Below, piece after piece: positions 1 through 13,805 of a stretch of 64,000 nt of DNA (positions are counted from its first letter, which is position 1; each line of letters begins with the position of its first letter). The DNA is from Chiloscyllium plagiosum (lineage: Eukaryota), in contig NC_057747.1 in assembly GCF_004010195.1 (NCBI RefSeq), forward strand, positions 9,093,070 through 9,157,069, read 5' to 3'. The position numbers and the translations under genes were made by a program. The notes under the pieces were generated by a model that was not told the DNA's origin, made no database searches, and saw only the letters and a program-made list of their open reading frames with translations.

Positions 1-3000
1 GCTATACGTGATTAATATGAAAGCTGAATGCCGAAATGGCTAATTCTATTTAATTTCAGGTTCTGACTGTGACCGAGTCCTTTTCTTTCTTAGTTACTGT
101 CAGATTGTACATTTGTCGATTTTGACAAGATAGCAAAGGGAAAAAGGTCAGCTCTGAAATAATCGGGCAGCGCTGGCAGCGAGATGGTGGGTTGAAGCTG
201 GTGCGCGCTGGCTGTGCTGTCGGCTCTGTTTTTGTGACTCTGATGAGAAGCTGACTGTTTGCATCCACACCTGGTAGTTGACGTGGCCAGTAGGATGCCA
301 CATCCAGCAAAACCTTTCAATCATGTCTCTGTACCATGAGCATAATCAAAGCAATGATGCTGTCAACTTGTATACAATGCACCTCCAACTCCAAACTGAT
401 GGCCTGTTTACAGGCTGCACGTCCTGGTCATTTCAAATCAACCTTATTACAAAGATAGCAGTGCGTTGCTCTGTATCAGGAGTTACAGGATGCAAATATT
501 GTTCATGAATCCATCAGTATGCAGGCAGAAAGCATGAAGTGGCATGTTATAGAAATAGTGATATCTTCACACATGTCTGTCACAATTCAGGAATGCCATT
601 TATTATTATTTTTCAATTCTGTCAGTGCACACTCTGTACTGACAGATTGGACTACGTAAACATTTAGCTAGTATTTTACAGTATAATATTAAGAATATTA
701 AGGCTTTCATTTCGAAAATGCCCTCATTTATATAGTACAAGAAAAAAGGTCAGAAATGGATGACCATTAATTTATAAAACACAATTTCTTATGGCTTTCA
801 AATATATGCATTTCATTTTATAACAGTCAATAATGTTCTCTTTTTAATTATTTTCATTTTTAATTTAGAATTGGGGAAATATATGGAATCAATTGACCGA
901 ATAGATTCAAAGTGATAGTTTTCTATATTTTTAATTCAGTGCATCATTCTGACTGTAGAATGTCAAAGTGTAAATGTTAATGAACATAGTAAAGCAATAG
1001 TGAGGAATGTTAACTTGGATGGTCAGATTCATTTTTGTTAAATTTCTTTGACAAAGTTTGAAACTATAATACCTGTCACAAACAAATTATATATGTAACA
1101 CATATTAAAGTCCACATTTGAAATGTGAAATAATTTTATAGAAACAAGTTTTTGTTTCAATCTTTGGTTTTTGAAATTATTATGAAGTTTTTACATATAA
1201 AGACTTAAATGTTTAATTTTGAATAAATTCTATGAGGGTAATTATAAGCTAACCAGTTGGTAGACACAGGAGAAAAACAACGTAGAATTACAATCCATCC
1301 AAAATCATCAGTTTCAGAATTAGCTATTTAGTTTTAAAATTATATCCTATATAATTACATCCATAACTTGATGAATGGTGGTGTAATATTTAACCTGCAT
1401 ATGAACTGAATTTTGTTGCTATTGCAGGGATTCTATGACAACCAATTGAATATTAGCTTAATTACAAGTTTTAAGCTACCAAGGCAGCATTGCTCAAATT
1501 TGTAAATTATATTGGTATGAGAAATTATTTAACAAAATACTATTCCACTCCTATTATTCACCTTTCAACCATTCTTCATTAAATAATTCAACCAACATTT
1601 TCACCTCACATCAGTCACAAGATTATTCTTTGGCTATTGTTACTGAAGCACCAATACTGGCTGTACAAATCAATAAAACAATTTTAGGAATAACACTCGA
1701 GGCTGTAGGATAGATGGAAAAGATTATTGGGAATACAAAGACTCACAAAATATTTATCTATCAAAATTTCATACCCCATGGAAAGTGACTGAGCTTTAAT
1801 TCTTCACTCACAGGAGAAAAAAAACTTTGCAGAACCTGGTGTCAAATACATTACTTAAAGCATATGAAGTAAAATTTGTCTTAGCTAAAAATGTAAAGTG
1901 AATGGGAGAAAATGAAATGTTTTATCCCGAACCTCTTTCATGAAGGTCCCTTTTACATTAATGCACAGGATGAATTTCACCCTCATCATTGCAGGAAACT
2001 GTACAGTGGTCTTCGAAAGGAATTAACTAAATGGCTTTAATCCATTTTATTCTTGTCTACAGCCCGAAAACTGTCAAGACATTCCCAATCTTCTAGACTT
2101 CATAGCATACCTATTGATATAACTACAAAGGGCATCAGCCACAATATAGAACTTCCAACATAATATGTGGCACAGTGGAAAGCAGTTTTTGATTCTACTT
2201 CTGTGCATTAACAATTGATGTCAATATTGATTTGCTCACTGTATGCTGCAATGTTAAGTTTGTCTGAATATTTGAAATAAATTACACTGCAACAGTTTCA
2301 GTAACCGCACAAAAATAATTATTGGCATGCACGCTGGTCAGTTAAACTCTTGGCTTTAGCTTGATCAGCTGGATTCATGATTTTTGCCTTGATCTCTATT
2401 ACTGGTCAGCTTCCATACAAAGTCCTTTCCCTTTACTGATTGGGTAGCATTCGCTCACAGTGGTTGCTTGTATTCAAATTATGACTGATGCAAGAAGTGA
2501 TTGTAAAAGTATTTTGAAAAGTTATAAAATCAGGAAGTATGATGCAAAATTTAGTGCTCATTATTAGCAGCTAATTATACATTTGTGCCCTTTTTCTTAG
2601 AAGATAAGAATGTAAATATGAATGCCAATCAGCTAGAAATGCAGTCAGTGAAACCTTTTCTCATCTAGGTGGTGTCTTGATTCAAAAGGTTGTGGACAAA
2701 AGACTGTTATAAAATGTGTTATCCACTTAAGCATCTCTAACATTCCTTTCAATGCAAGATTGTGGTTGTGAATCTGACTGATGTCATACAACTTGTGAAC
2801 CACCTTCAGATATGAACTAACTTATGTCCTTTGTGTTACAAGTCTAGGCCTGATTGCTTTTAAGAGAACCCCGACTATAAAATAATAAAGAAACTGGTTA
2901 AGCATGAAATTTACAAACTGCACAAATGTGCATATTACTTTGTTTCCTTTCAATCTGAGTTCAATTAGTGATTAAATGAATAATGCAAAGATGCTTCTCT

Positions 3001-3187
3001 AGAATATATCTTAACCACCACATTTCACTTTCTTAAAGAATTCTCTTTCACCAATGTTTTAGTCTTTATCACTAAATGATGGGTTGTTTTAGATTAGAAA
3101 GCCAAGCCTACCTCCTGCACAGACGTGTGATGGTTCAGCCGCCAGAATTTCAATGCAAGATTTCTTAAGAATCTGGTAAAATAGAAA

Positions 3188-3720
3188 CAGAGTCATAAAT
3201 AGGTACAGCACAGAAACAGACCCTTCGGTCCAACTCATCCATGCTGACCAGATATCCTACATAAATCAAACCCATTTGCCAGCATTTGGCCCATATCCTT
3301 CTAAACCCTTCCTATTCATATATCTATCAAGATGCCTTTTAAATGTTGTAATTGTACCAGCCTCCACCACTTCCTCTGGCAACTCATTCCACGCATGCAC
3401 CACCCTCTGCATGAAAAGGTTGCCCCTTAGGTCGCTTTTAAATATTTTCCCTCTTACCCTAAACCTATGCCCTCTAGTTTTGGACTCCCTCACCCCAGGG
3501 AAAAGACCTTGTCTACTTACCCTATCTATGCCCTGGATGATTTAATGAGGGGCTGCATGGCTCTAAAAACCTAAGGTCACCCCTCAGCTTTCAACACTCC
3601 AAGGAAAATGACCCCAGTCTATTCAGCCTCTCCCTGGCAACATCCCTGTAAATCTTTTCGAAACCGTTTCAAGTTTCACAACATCCTTCCTGTAGCAGGG
3701 ATACCAGAATTGCACACAGT
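3188..3720 (-). mobile_element. CR1 LINE 3' fragment
   Basis: ESKTRGHRFRVRG...QRVVHAWNELPEEVVEAGTITTFKRHLD, the CR1 ORF2 C-terminus. Confidence 0.88.
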
Positions 3721-4533
3721 AATCACTTCCCATGTGGTCTCTGCTTTCTCTCTCTTTCTCCCTTTTGAAGTGCCATTGTTTTGATATTTTTTCCTAAAGT
3801 TCCAAAATAATACAACAGCTGGTAAAACAGTAATTACTGCTCCTGAAATTCAATGAAATTAGCTCAACTGAAAATACCTCAAAAAAACAAGCAGCTCTTA
3901 CAGCCACAATGTTTTTCCCGTCCTCCATTTTGGATTACTCAGAAACTTTTATTGAGAAAGAATACTTCGATATCCAAAGAATTCAACTATAAACATACTT
4001 ATAAAATGGTAGTTTGTGTTTTAAATTCATTTGAAATAAGGAATGGAGAATAATTTGTTGCTTAAAAATTGCATGAAAGCACCATTTTACTTAAAGTCAC
4101 TACATCATCCAAGTTGAACCTACCGAATCAATTACACTTCCTAATGCTTGAAATCCACCTTTCACTGGGAAAACATGATCAATGCTGTCAGCTATCTTCG
4201 CCAACTAGAAAAGAATGAAAGTTCATGATTAGAAAAGGTTTGGGTGGTGAATCATTCATTGTTTATTTTCTGGTTTTAACTAGACAACAGACACTAGACA
4301 CCCCTTAGGTTTTTAGAGCCATGTAGCCCCTCATTATACAATCAGAAAGTGCTGGAGAAACTCAACAGGTCTGGCATCATATATGGAAGGAGAAACAAGG
4401 GTAGCATTTCATGCCTGATATTTCTCTTTTCACAGATGCTGTTAAATCTGCTGAGTTTCTGTAGTGCTTTCTATTTTAATGTCAGATGTCTGGATTTTAA
4501 TTTACTCTATAATTTCCTGAGATATCTGCATTG

Positions 4534-4852
4534 CTGTTCCAAGCCTTCTGCTGAGACCTTTCAAATTTCATTAGCATAGCTCCACACTATTCAAATCAAT
4601 TTGACTGTGAATTTCCTAGTTGCTTGTGGCATACAGTCACACCAAGACATTGTGTTGTAGACGGTCTGAAAATCACCAATTGGCAGGGTAAACTGTTCCA
4701 AGCCTTCTGCTGAGACCTTTCAAATTTCATTAGCATAGCTCCACACTATTCAAATCAATTTGACTGTGAATTTCCTAGTTTGCTTGTAGCATACAGTCAC
4801 ACCAAGAAATTGTGTTGTAGACGGTCTGAAAATCACCAATTGGCAGGGTAAA
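4534..4852. repeat. Tandem duplication of a 159/160-bp unit
   Basis: 4534-4692 versus 4693-4852, differing by two substitutions and a 1-bp indel. Confidence 0.9.
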
Positions 4853-4869
4853 TTATAGGTAAAACAATG

Positions 4870-5020
4870 ACTGAAAAGTGCTGAGCTGAAAGTTTGGAAC
4901 TGGAGTGAGGTGGGGGAAGGGGAAATGAGGAAACTGTTGAAATCCACATTCATGCCCTGGGGTTGAAGTGTTTCGAGACGGAAGATGAGGCGTTCTTCCT
5001 CCAGGCATCTGGTGATGAGG
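4870..5020 (-). mobile_element. Penelope-like element relic (C-terminus of GIY-YIG endonuclease region)
   Basis: Minus strand reads TRCLEEERLIFRLETLQPQGMNVDFNSFLIS, the LE..LI..L.TL.P.GLN terminus typical of Penelope ORFs. Confidence 0.7.
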
Positions 5021-7111
5021 GCTCTTACATATATCTCAGCTTGAAAGAAGTATTCAAACTTTGCAGCTCCATCTCTTCAGTTTATCTGGGCAATTTTGTT
5101 TGCTTGACTTTTCTTCACATCCTCAAATTCCTCATGAGAGTTCTGTGAATGTCAGAAGCCAATTTTTCTTTGCATCTTTGTCTTTTATAATGCATTTGGA
5201 ATGACAAAGTCACTGGAATGGCTATCCACAGGGGCAGTCCCATAATTCTCATTATTATGAAGGAGGAGGTGCACAGACAGAAGCATGGACCTTGAGATAC
5301 AATTGCAGGAGACCTCAACAAACTCACTGCTAATTCCTGGAAATGTTTCCTGGACCAGACATTTGCAATGTGACATTTGAGGTGTGAGAAAGCATCAGGA
5401 AGAATTTATTAAATAAATCAAATTGTGAAAATGCATCATTTACCTGTGTTTCATTGAAATCTTTCACACCAACGCAATAAATTGTAGCTCCATAACTTCT
5501 GGCCCTATCAGCCTATGCAAAGAAAAGACAAGTTTGTCAATTTTTTAATGATTGAAAACAAATTGGAGATTTAATTTCTTTTCTATTGCTTATGGATACT
5601 TACTTCCCGTTGTGCAAGATCATACAAACGATCAATTAATTCCCCATCTGTCAATGCAATGATGACACTAGCAGCTCGAAACCCTGTAATTGCAAATCAG
5701 CATCAGTATTTTTCCAGCAAAAGACATTTCAATATCATGAAATTATGCATAATTTAACTTACCATCCAGTACTTCTATAGCATTTAACATCTTGAAGTAA
5801 CTCAGCATCAAACCAAGTCAAGGAAAAGTAGCACTTACAGATTTTTGAATGCATGTCCATTGACTAATAACCCTCCAAGGAGAGGAAAGAAAATATATCT
5901 TTTTGTTAGCAGGATAACTTTGATGTGGTAATATACTAAGTTCTACTAAGTGAACTAATTACTCAACCAATACAATCATTTCCTTGAAAAATTAAATATG
6001 GTAGAGACAAAATGGCTAGCTTGAGCTTCATAAATTACAAGGAATTAGCTTGAAAGAATTCTAAATGAACATATACATCCAAAGTTCTGCAAGTTAAAGC
6101 AGTCTTTTTGTCTTCAGTCTGCTTTCTTTCAAAAGTATACTTTGCTCAATGCTGTTCATTCTTGTGCATTAGAAGACCCCTGCATAGGAATTGATTTTCC
6201 ATCCTCATTATGAATGAAATGCACCTAAAAATATACGACCTACATATAGGGCTGGTGTCAACATTATGATCAAACCAGAGGCCTATCTCTCCTCTTGTCT
6301 GCCTGATGTCCTCCAGTCTCAGAATCCCAAACTTATTCCCGCTCTCTTGGCTTGCCATTCTTAATGCCCCATCCCCCACTCAACTGCACAAGGATGTATA
6401 AAATGCTTTCTAGCTTTGCACCACCATCCTTACCTCTGAGTCATTTTAACCAGAGAAAGGTTGTTGGTTTTCATTTTAAAAATGAACTTAAATATTGTCT
6501 GGTATTAGCTTTTTGCTTTCCATTGTAGTAATGTGCAGTGGCAGCACCGTGTATAAAAGTCAACGCACATTAAAATCAAATTTCCCGCTCTCTGGGGAGC
6601 TGCATTGATTCATGGGTGATTTTCCAAAAAGCAGCAAATCTGATCTTAATCCATAATGACTGCTTGATGCGCTGCCACTGCTGCACACTAAAATAATCGT
6701 GTAGCGAAAGACTGGGAATTAAATTATTTTAATTAGTCTTTTCAGTGTGGATCAGAACATTTTCTTAAATATTGCAACTTTTGATTAAGGCTGATAAAAC
6801 AAAGTGAGATCATATTTTAAACAAAACCAAACATCAGAAAGAGGAGAGCAACAGACTGCAATTAAGAAAGAAACAAGCAAGAGATTGTCAGGCATTTATA
6901 ACTTACATCTTCATTTTCTATACTGCTCATGAAACTCAGTCTCTGTTTGACTATGGGCACAGGTCAGGTATATTTCATTTGACAACTGTCATTTCCAATG
7001 GTGTAGTTAGAGCTTGTGTTACAAGTTAACAAATATCACACTGATGCTGCAGATGAACACAGAGATCCAAGCACAGTACTACAAGACAGGATGGACATTT
7101 TCTCTTCTCTG

Positions 7112-7301
7112 GGAGAAAGTGAAGACTGCAGATGCTGGAGATCAGAGCTGAAAAATGTGTTGCTGGAAAAGCGCAGCAGGTCAAGCAGCATCCAAGGAGC
7201 AGGCGAATCCTGAAGAAGGGCTTATGCCTGAAACGTCGATTCTCCTGCTCCTTGGATGCTGCCTGACCTGCTGCGCTTTTCCAGCAACACATTTTTCAGC
7301 T
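7112..7301 (+). mobile_element. Penelope-derived short element: ~65-bp inverted repeat with hammerhead ribozyme core in the loop, 16-bp TSD
   Basis: Arms 7145-7209 and 7238-7302. Core 7210-7237 is CTGAAGA AGGGC TTAT GCCT GAAAC GTC. TSD cattttctcttctctg at 7096-7111 and 7302-7317. Confidence 0.85.
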
Positions 7302-9133
7302 CATTTTCTCTTCTCTGCCAACCTTCCAATGGGCTATTTCAAGCTAATGGGACACACTATTGACTACATAGCCAACCAGTACAAATCTGTACCCAGGGGC
7401 AAACACTGGCAGCACCAGTTACAGTAGCACACCTAATGTATTTATGAGGAGTTTTGATTTGAACATGAAATAAGTTTATAAATTTCCCATTGCAAATACA
7501 ATAGTGCAATTGCTTGTCACTATTACCAGATTAACAGCCCCAATTAGGGAATTCATATTCTGTGGTCAACCTGGCTGACCTCGTTACAATAACTACTAAT
7601 GTACATAGTTCCCAATCTCAGTATTGTGCAGGTAAAAGTGCTAAACAGTTGTTTTGCAAAGACAAGAAAAATATTGGAGTGAGCTCCAAATGAGCTATTG
7701 CTATGGCTTCTGCCAACAGCACGGTACTGCCAGAGGTCGGGAATAGATCATTTGTTTGTTTCACTGCTGCATCTGAAGATGTACCATGGAGAAAAATCTT
7801 AATGTTGGGTGTGTTTACAGTAAAAACATGAAAAATAACTTGTTTGAGGAGAAAGTATTGAATTAACTTGTGATAGAGGAGCTATAGAAAATAAGTTTTT
7901 AAAAAATACTTTCTAGCTAAAGTTTAAATTATCCTCGGAGTGAGAAATTATGCTGACCATTTGGCGTTATTTTATGTAATGCACAGAATATTAGAATCAT
8001 ACAAAAGATTGGTTGATCTCATACATCTCACATACATTGCAACATATTAAAATCCACAAATTGAAAATATTAACAACGGTACTAACTTGCATTGATCTTC
8101 AGCAGTAGGGAAATAAGATTAGCACTGAAATATAGAAGGAAATATTTGAAGAGGTGACCAAAGAGGTAAAAGAGGTATGTTGCATGAATGGTCTAAAAGA
8201 ATGAGAGTAGGTTGGGCTGTTAAAACTGGTCCAATTAGGGAGCTCTAGCTGACAGATAAGAACAGAACAGAAGACGTTTAGAAGATAAATTATAAAGCGT
8301 TGGGTCTAGGGAACTAAAGTCCCAATAATGTTGCTGCTGATTATTTACAATAACGGCTGAAAGGAAGGAAGTTGCAATGGAGGCATGAATCAGAGAACTA
8401 CAAAATATGGAGGTGGGTGAGAAGGCAGAGTGGTGTTTGGATGGTAGCTGTAGGAGTTATAGAAGTTACAGTGTAGTAGGGAATACTACAAAGTGATTTA
8501 ACCATAAGGATTTGGATCACACACGGCCACCAGGAAACAAGGTTAACACCCACCAGAATTGTTTTCATGGTGAATCTGTTCAGTTGCCTGTAACAAGTTT
8601 AAATGAAACACAGTTACTAAATAACATTGATATGAACCTTGGTATAGTGACCAAATCAACACATTTTTAAAAGAAATAAAATTACAAACAGAACTTATAT
8701 TGTAAATTATACCTTTCTGAAGCCCTCGTGCATGAATGTATCTCCTCCAGGCACAACATTCCGAAGGGTTTGAAGACCTTCTCGTATAGCTTCTCTTTAA
8801 TTAAAACATAATTACTCAAGTTCAAAAAATAGTACGAAGCAGTGAGTTGGCTAATTTCAGTGAATTATTTCAAGACCAATAATGAAGATCTCTCATTTAA
8901 GAAAAATTGGGCTTTGTATAGCAAACAAATACACAATTTGACCTAAATTTGAGCGAGCTGAGACAAGACTTACCGATTTGCTGTTAAACTCATTAAGGTT
9001 GTACTTCTTGTGGAGAACACAATAAAAGACATTCTTAACTGAGGACTGAAAACAGTTGATTATTAGTGATATTCCTTTAAGTAAACTAACTATTTGATTG
9101 GACAGTAAATATGTTAAATAAACTCGATGATAC

Positions 9134-9205
9134 CTCAAGTATTTCTCAGCCAGAAGTTCAACAAAAGAATATATTTCAATCCAATGGTTCATAACACTTC
9201 CAGAC
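9134..9205 (-). CDS. Anthrax toxin receptor family gene, coding exon 2 (72 bp, vWA domain)
   Basis: Acceptor ttttattttcag, donor |gtatca. The exon reads G TCT GGA AGT GTT ATG AAC CAT TGG ATT GAA ATA TAT TCT TTT GTT GAA CTT CTG GCT GAG AAA TAC TTG AG, i.e. (K)SGSVMNHWIEIYSFVELLAEKYL. It completes the DKSGS MIDAS motif, and its phase matches exon 1. No later exon was recognised inside the window. Confidence 0.9.
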
Positions 9206-12097
9206 CTGAAAATAAAAAAAAAGTAAGATGTGCAATCAACATGAGTATATGTTAGGCTGGACTACACAATTAGTAAGGAAATACTGCACTGCTAGGGGTG
9301 TTATCGTTTGAATGAGACATTAAAACCTCCTCTTCTCTCAAAGTGGATGTAAAAATTCCATGACATCATTTGAATGATGATAGGGAAGTTCTCCCCATCT
9401 CCTGGCCTGTACCACCAGAAACACATTGAAATGTAAGAAATTGGAACAGGAGTCCCTCAAGTCTGCTCTGTCATTCACTAAGATCATGGCTGATCTTCAA
9501 TTTCAACTCCACCTCCCTACCTGATAGTAGGGATAGTACATTACAGCCTTTCCAACCAAGATGATTTCCCTTAGTTTCCAAACATCTGTCAACCTCAGTC
9601 TTGAATATACCCAACAATTGAGCATCCATCCACAGCCCTCTGGAGTACAGACTTCCAAAGATTCATAGCTCTCTGAATGAAGGAAATACTGGGGCATATT
9701 TCATTTCTGAACTAGCCTCATAATAATTTATGAGTTTTACAAATTCAATAACTACTAGCCAACTCTGGCTAGAGTTTATATTCTATACTAGGCAGTTATT
9801 AGGCTCCAATCAGAACTAAATATACAAACTTGCTGCAAACTAACAGAGAGGTTCTATTTCTTAGTTGTGCACTCTGTAAACACTCAATACGAGTTTAAAC
9901 AAGCCATGAACCTAGCTGATGATTCACCAGTGCTCATGTGCCTTACATCTTAAAGAGACACTGTCGCAACATAGCATACCCTAACTGTAATACATAATAG
10001 CTTACACCATCAAACATTGGATACATAATGATTGAAACTGCAGAAGTTTGTTTATCAGCCCATCTGAAAGGGTTGAGGTAAGTTTTTTTGGGGTGCTTTC
10101 ATGTACACTTGTTGCACTTGCTTCTCTGGATGAGTTGGTTTTGCTGGATGACCCACCACTTTTGCATTTATGTTTGATTTCTGAATCAGTACTTGGGCAT
10201 TCCTGGTTTTTGCTTTGGTATGGGGCTTTGGACGAAGTTGAAGGTTGTTTTAGATCTCTGTGAAGATTTTGAAGGCTCTGAGTATTTGTAATAAGTACAA
10301 TGAGTGGATGAGTGCCTAACCATTGCAGTTTCAATTACCATTCTGGCCATACCCATCATGACCTCAGGATCAATAACTGGATATGTCAGAAATCTTCAAT
10401 ATTCATAGCTTGATAAGACATGTAGCCCAACAAATAACACAAATCAGAACAAGACACAAAAACTCTTAAAGAATTAAGATTGTTACTGAGTGATGCTTCC
10501 AAACTCCTGTGTCCTTCTAAACTATCTAGAGCTCTAACACCAAACCAGCTGTACATATATCAAGAAAATGATGAATGCAGTACGTGTATTTACAAAGATT
10601 ATTCTTATTACATTTTGTGTTAAAAGAATTCATTACCTGGATAAATCAAGATTCATAAAATCCCTATAGTGCAAAATGAGGCCATTTAGACCATTAAGTC
10701 TGCACCAACCCTCTGAAGAGTAGAAGGCCCAGATCCCCACCTTATTCCCATTGCAATGTATTTCCCATGGCTAATCCACCTAGCAGGCACATCCCTGGAC
10801 ACTACAGATAATTTACTGTTGCCAGTCGAACTAACTTGCACATTTCGGGAAACCAAGTTCCCAGTCTCCATTAGAGACAGGGCTTCCTCAAGGCTAAAGA
10901 GCCAGGCATCATGATTGTTTGATTCAACCCCATTGTTTTCACACTGTTAATGCTCAGTTGGTATCTGAATTCATAGAGGTAGAGGCCATTTGGCCCATCA
11001 GGCCAATGCACCAACCCTTCAATGAGTATCCCAGCAAGACCCCTACCATATCCACGTGACCCTGCATTTCTCCATGGCCAATCCACATAGCCCTCATTGT
11101 ACAGATAGATAGCCGATACTTGAAAAGTAACCGTGAGTCCATCACGTCACCTGCATTCTGTAAGAGTAGAAACTGGATACACAATGTAGAGTGCTCCTGG
11201 GTGAACCTGTCTAACCTATGTATTTATGACTGCTGATCCCAGTGAGAAAGCCCCTACAGCAAGGGCCAGCCTCCAGCTGCAAGTTTGGACATTGCTTTGC
11301 AGCTCCATGTTCATGCCTGATGTTATTTTAAAATAATAATTCTCCCATTTGCTATTTTGCCTGCAACCAAATTTCTTTCCCACTTGCTTTCAAATGATTC
11401 TGAACCACAGGAACCACAGAAAAATTTTAATCTTTTTTTTTCCTTTGACTGCTTAAAACTCACTGCAGAGAAAGCCAGATAGTCAAAAAGCAGCTGTCTT
11501 TTCTGTCACTTTAGCACATATAGAACGACACATCATCCAACTTAGCTACAGCATCATTGGAAAGACTCTGTATCACACAGATAAAGTGAATTGCACAAAT
11601 ACTCTGAGTTAGCCACACTTCAGTTTTGCATGTTTTGAAATTTTTTCAGCACTTTTGCCCCAGCTCAAATTAGCACAAATTTAGTTTTCAGAATTCAAGA
11701 ATAACTAACAAGAAAAGTGTGCAATGTGCTAATGAACACATTGCCACCAGAAATAAAAACTGTCAGCAATTTGAATGCCTTCCAGACAAACAATAGCAGC
11801 AGGTACCAAAAGCAAGGAATAAAAGCAGATCCATTCAAATTGCTGTAAATTGCATACAATAAAGAGACATTCACTAGGTAGAAGTAGGCTAGGTAGAAGC
11901 AGGCCATTTGGTACGGAGGCCCATGTTACTATTCTTACTCTACATGAGCTTCCTCCATTTACTTCCTATCACCATGTTAATGTATGCTTCAATTCCTTTC
12001 TCAGTAATCATTTAAGTTAAAAGAAAGGTTAGCCACCATAATTCCAGAGGACCATAGGGCTGCTCTATCATCAGAGAGAGGCAACTGGTGGGGTTTA

Positions 12098-12682
12098 GTA
12101 TAGCAGTTGGACCGTCATGTTGAGGTTGTACAGGACATTGGTAAAGCCTCTTCTAGAGTACTACTTGCAGTTCTGATTGCCTTGTTATAAGGCAGATATT
12201 AATAAACTGGAGGGGGTTCAGAAAAGACTTACCAGGATGTTGCCAGGAATGGAGGGTTTCAGTTATAAATATAACCTGGGACTTTTTTCACTGGAGCGTA
12301 GGAAGTTGAGGCTTGACCATATAAAGCTTTATAAAATCATGAGGGGCACAGATAAGATGAATGGAAAAGATATTTTCCCTAAAGTGAGAAAGTTTAAAAC
12401 TTTAAGGGGCCATATTTTAAGGTGGGAGGAGAAAGATTTAAAAAGGACATGAGGGGGGCACTTTTTTACACAGAGTGGTTAGTGTGTGAAATGAGCTGCA
12501 AGAGAAAGTGGTGGGTGCAGGTACAGCTACAACATTTAAAAGACATTTTTATAGGTTCATGAATAGAAAAAGATTTGGACGGATATAGGCCAAATGCAGG
12601 CAGGTGGGACGAGTTTAGTTTGGGAACATGGTCAGCGTGGACTAGCTGAACCAAAGGGTCTGTTTCCATGCTGTATGACTCT
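12098..12682 (+). mobile_element. CR1 LINE 3' fragment
   Basis: KLEGVQKRLTRMLPG...LGLFSLERRKL plus the tail gggtctgtttccatgctgtatgactct. Confidence 0.85.
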
Positions 12683-13129
12683 AATTATCTCCCCCCTGAC
12701 CCTAAGTTGATTGCAGGTTTACACTTGAAGTTTTGTAGTTTTTTTTAAACTTATTTTCTAATCAACCTGCTCAGAGATGTTATTGTACACCTCTGGAACA
12801 GGTTGGACTTGAACCCAGGCCTCAAGATTATAATACATTATTATGAAAAACTCATAATATGAAACAGCTGCGTGTAATGAGTGTTTTAGCGTGATTTTTA
12901 ACAAAACAGGTCTTTAAATACAGAAGTAAGATGGTGTGTGTCTGCCTCTAATTTCAAAGATTGTCTACCCTTAGGTCCTTTCCTAGGTGATAGCCAGCCA
13001 ATGGCAGCTACACTCCACCTCATCTCCAGGCTCACATTTCACATTACTTTGCAGACTGCCTGGAATACTCTATTAGAGCCCTGTATGAGAACTATTGCAC
13101 TGAACTCGATACTCACAAATTGGACTCGG

Positions 13130-13805
13130 TCTGCCATTCTAAATACTGTGACTGCAATGGCAGGTCAAAGGCTTGGAATTCTGTGGCAAATATTTCACCT
13201 CCTGACTCTCAAGGGCTGCCCACTGTCGACACTGCACAAGTCAGAAGTGTTATGGAAAATTCCACACTTGCCTGAATGAGTGCAGTTCCAACCACATCTA
13301 AGATAATCAACACCATCCAGGCAAAGCAGTCTGTTTGACTGGCACCACATTCACAACTTTCACCATTCCCTCCCTGCACTACCCATAGTGACAATAGTGT
13401 GTGTTATTGATAAAATGCATGGCATCATCTCAACCAGGCTCTTTCAATAGCAACTTCAAAAGTTGCAAGCTCTATCACCTAGAAGGACAGAGACAGTGGT
13501 GAGAAGTTCCTCTTCAAGCCAGACACAATTGAAACTTGTTTCCTGATGAAGGGCTCTTGCCTGAAATGTTGATTCTCCTGCTCCTCAGATGCTGCCTAAC
13601 TGCTGTGCTTTTCCAGCATCACACTCTCGACCCTCACAATTGAAACTTAGAAATACATTGCTATTCCTTTGTTGTTGCTGTGTCAAAATCCTCAAACTGC
13701 CTTCCTAACAATGCTGTGGATATAGCTGAACCATCTGCAAAACATTGATACAAATGGGTGACTGACTCAAGGACAATTAAAGATGGGCTATAAATGTTGA
13801 CATAA
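13130..13805 (+). mobile_element. Degraded 3' end of a second non-LTR LINE family (Daphne/L2-like)
   Basis: Degenerate post-RT segment (caagtcagaagtgttatggaaaattccacacttgcctg..., resembling QVRSVMEYSPLAW) plus a tail shared with copies at ~42040-42200, ~51140-51950 and (minus) ~37825-38180. The clade assignment is tentative. Confidence 0.55.
13538..13634 (+). mobile_element. Short hammerhead-bearing Penelope-derived insertion
   Basis: CTGATGA AGGGC TCTT GCCT GAAAT GTT at 13543-13570. TSD cacaattgaaactt at 13524-13537 and 13635-13648. Confidence 0.75.
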
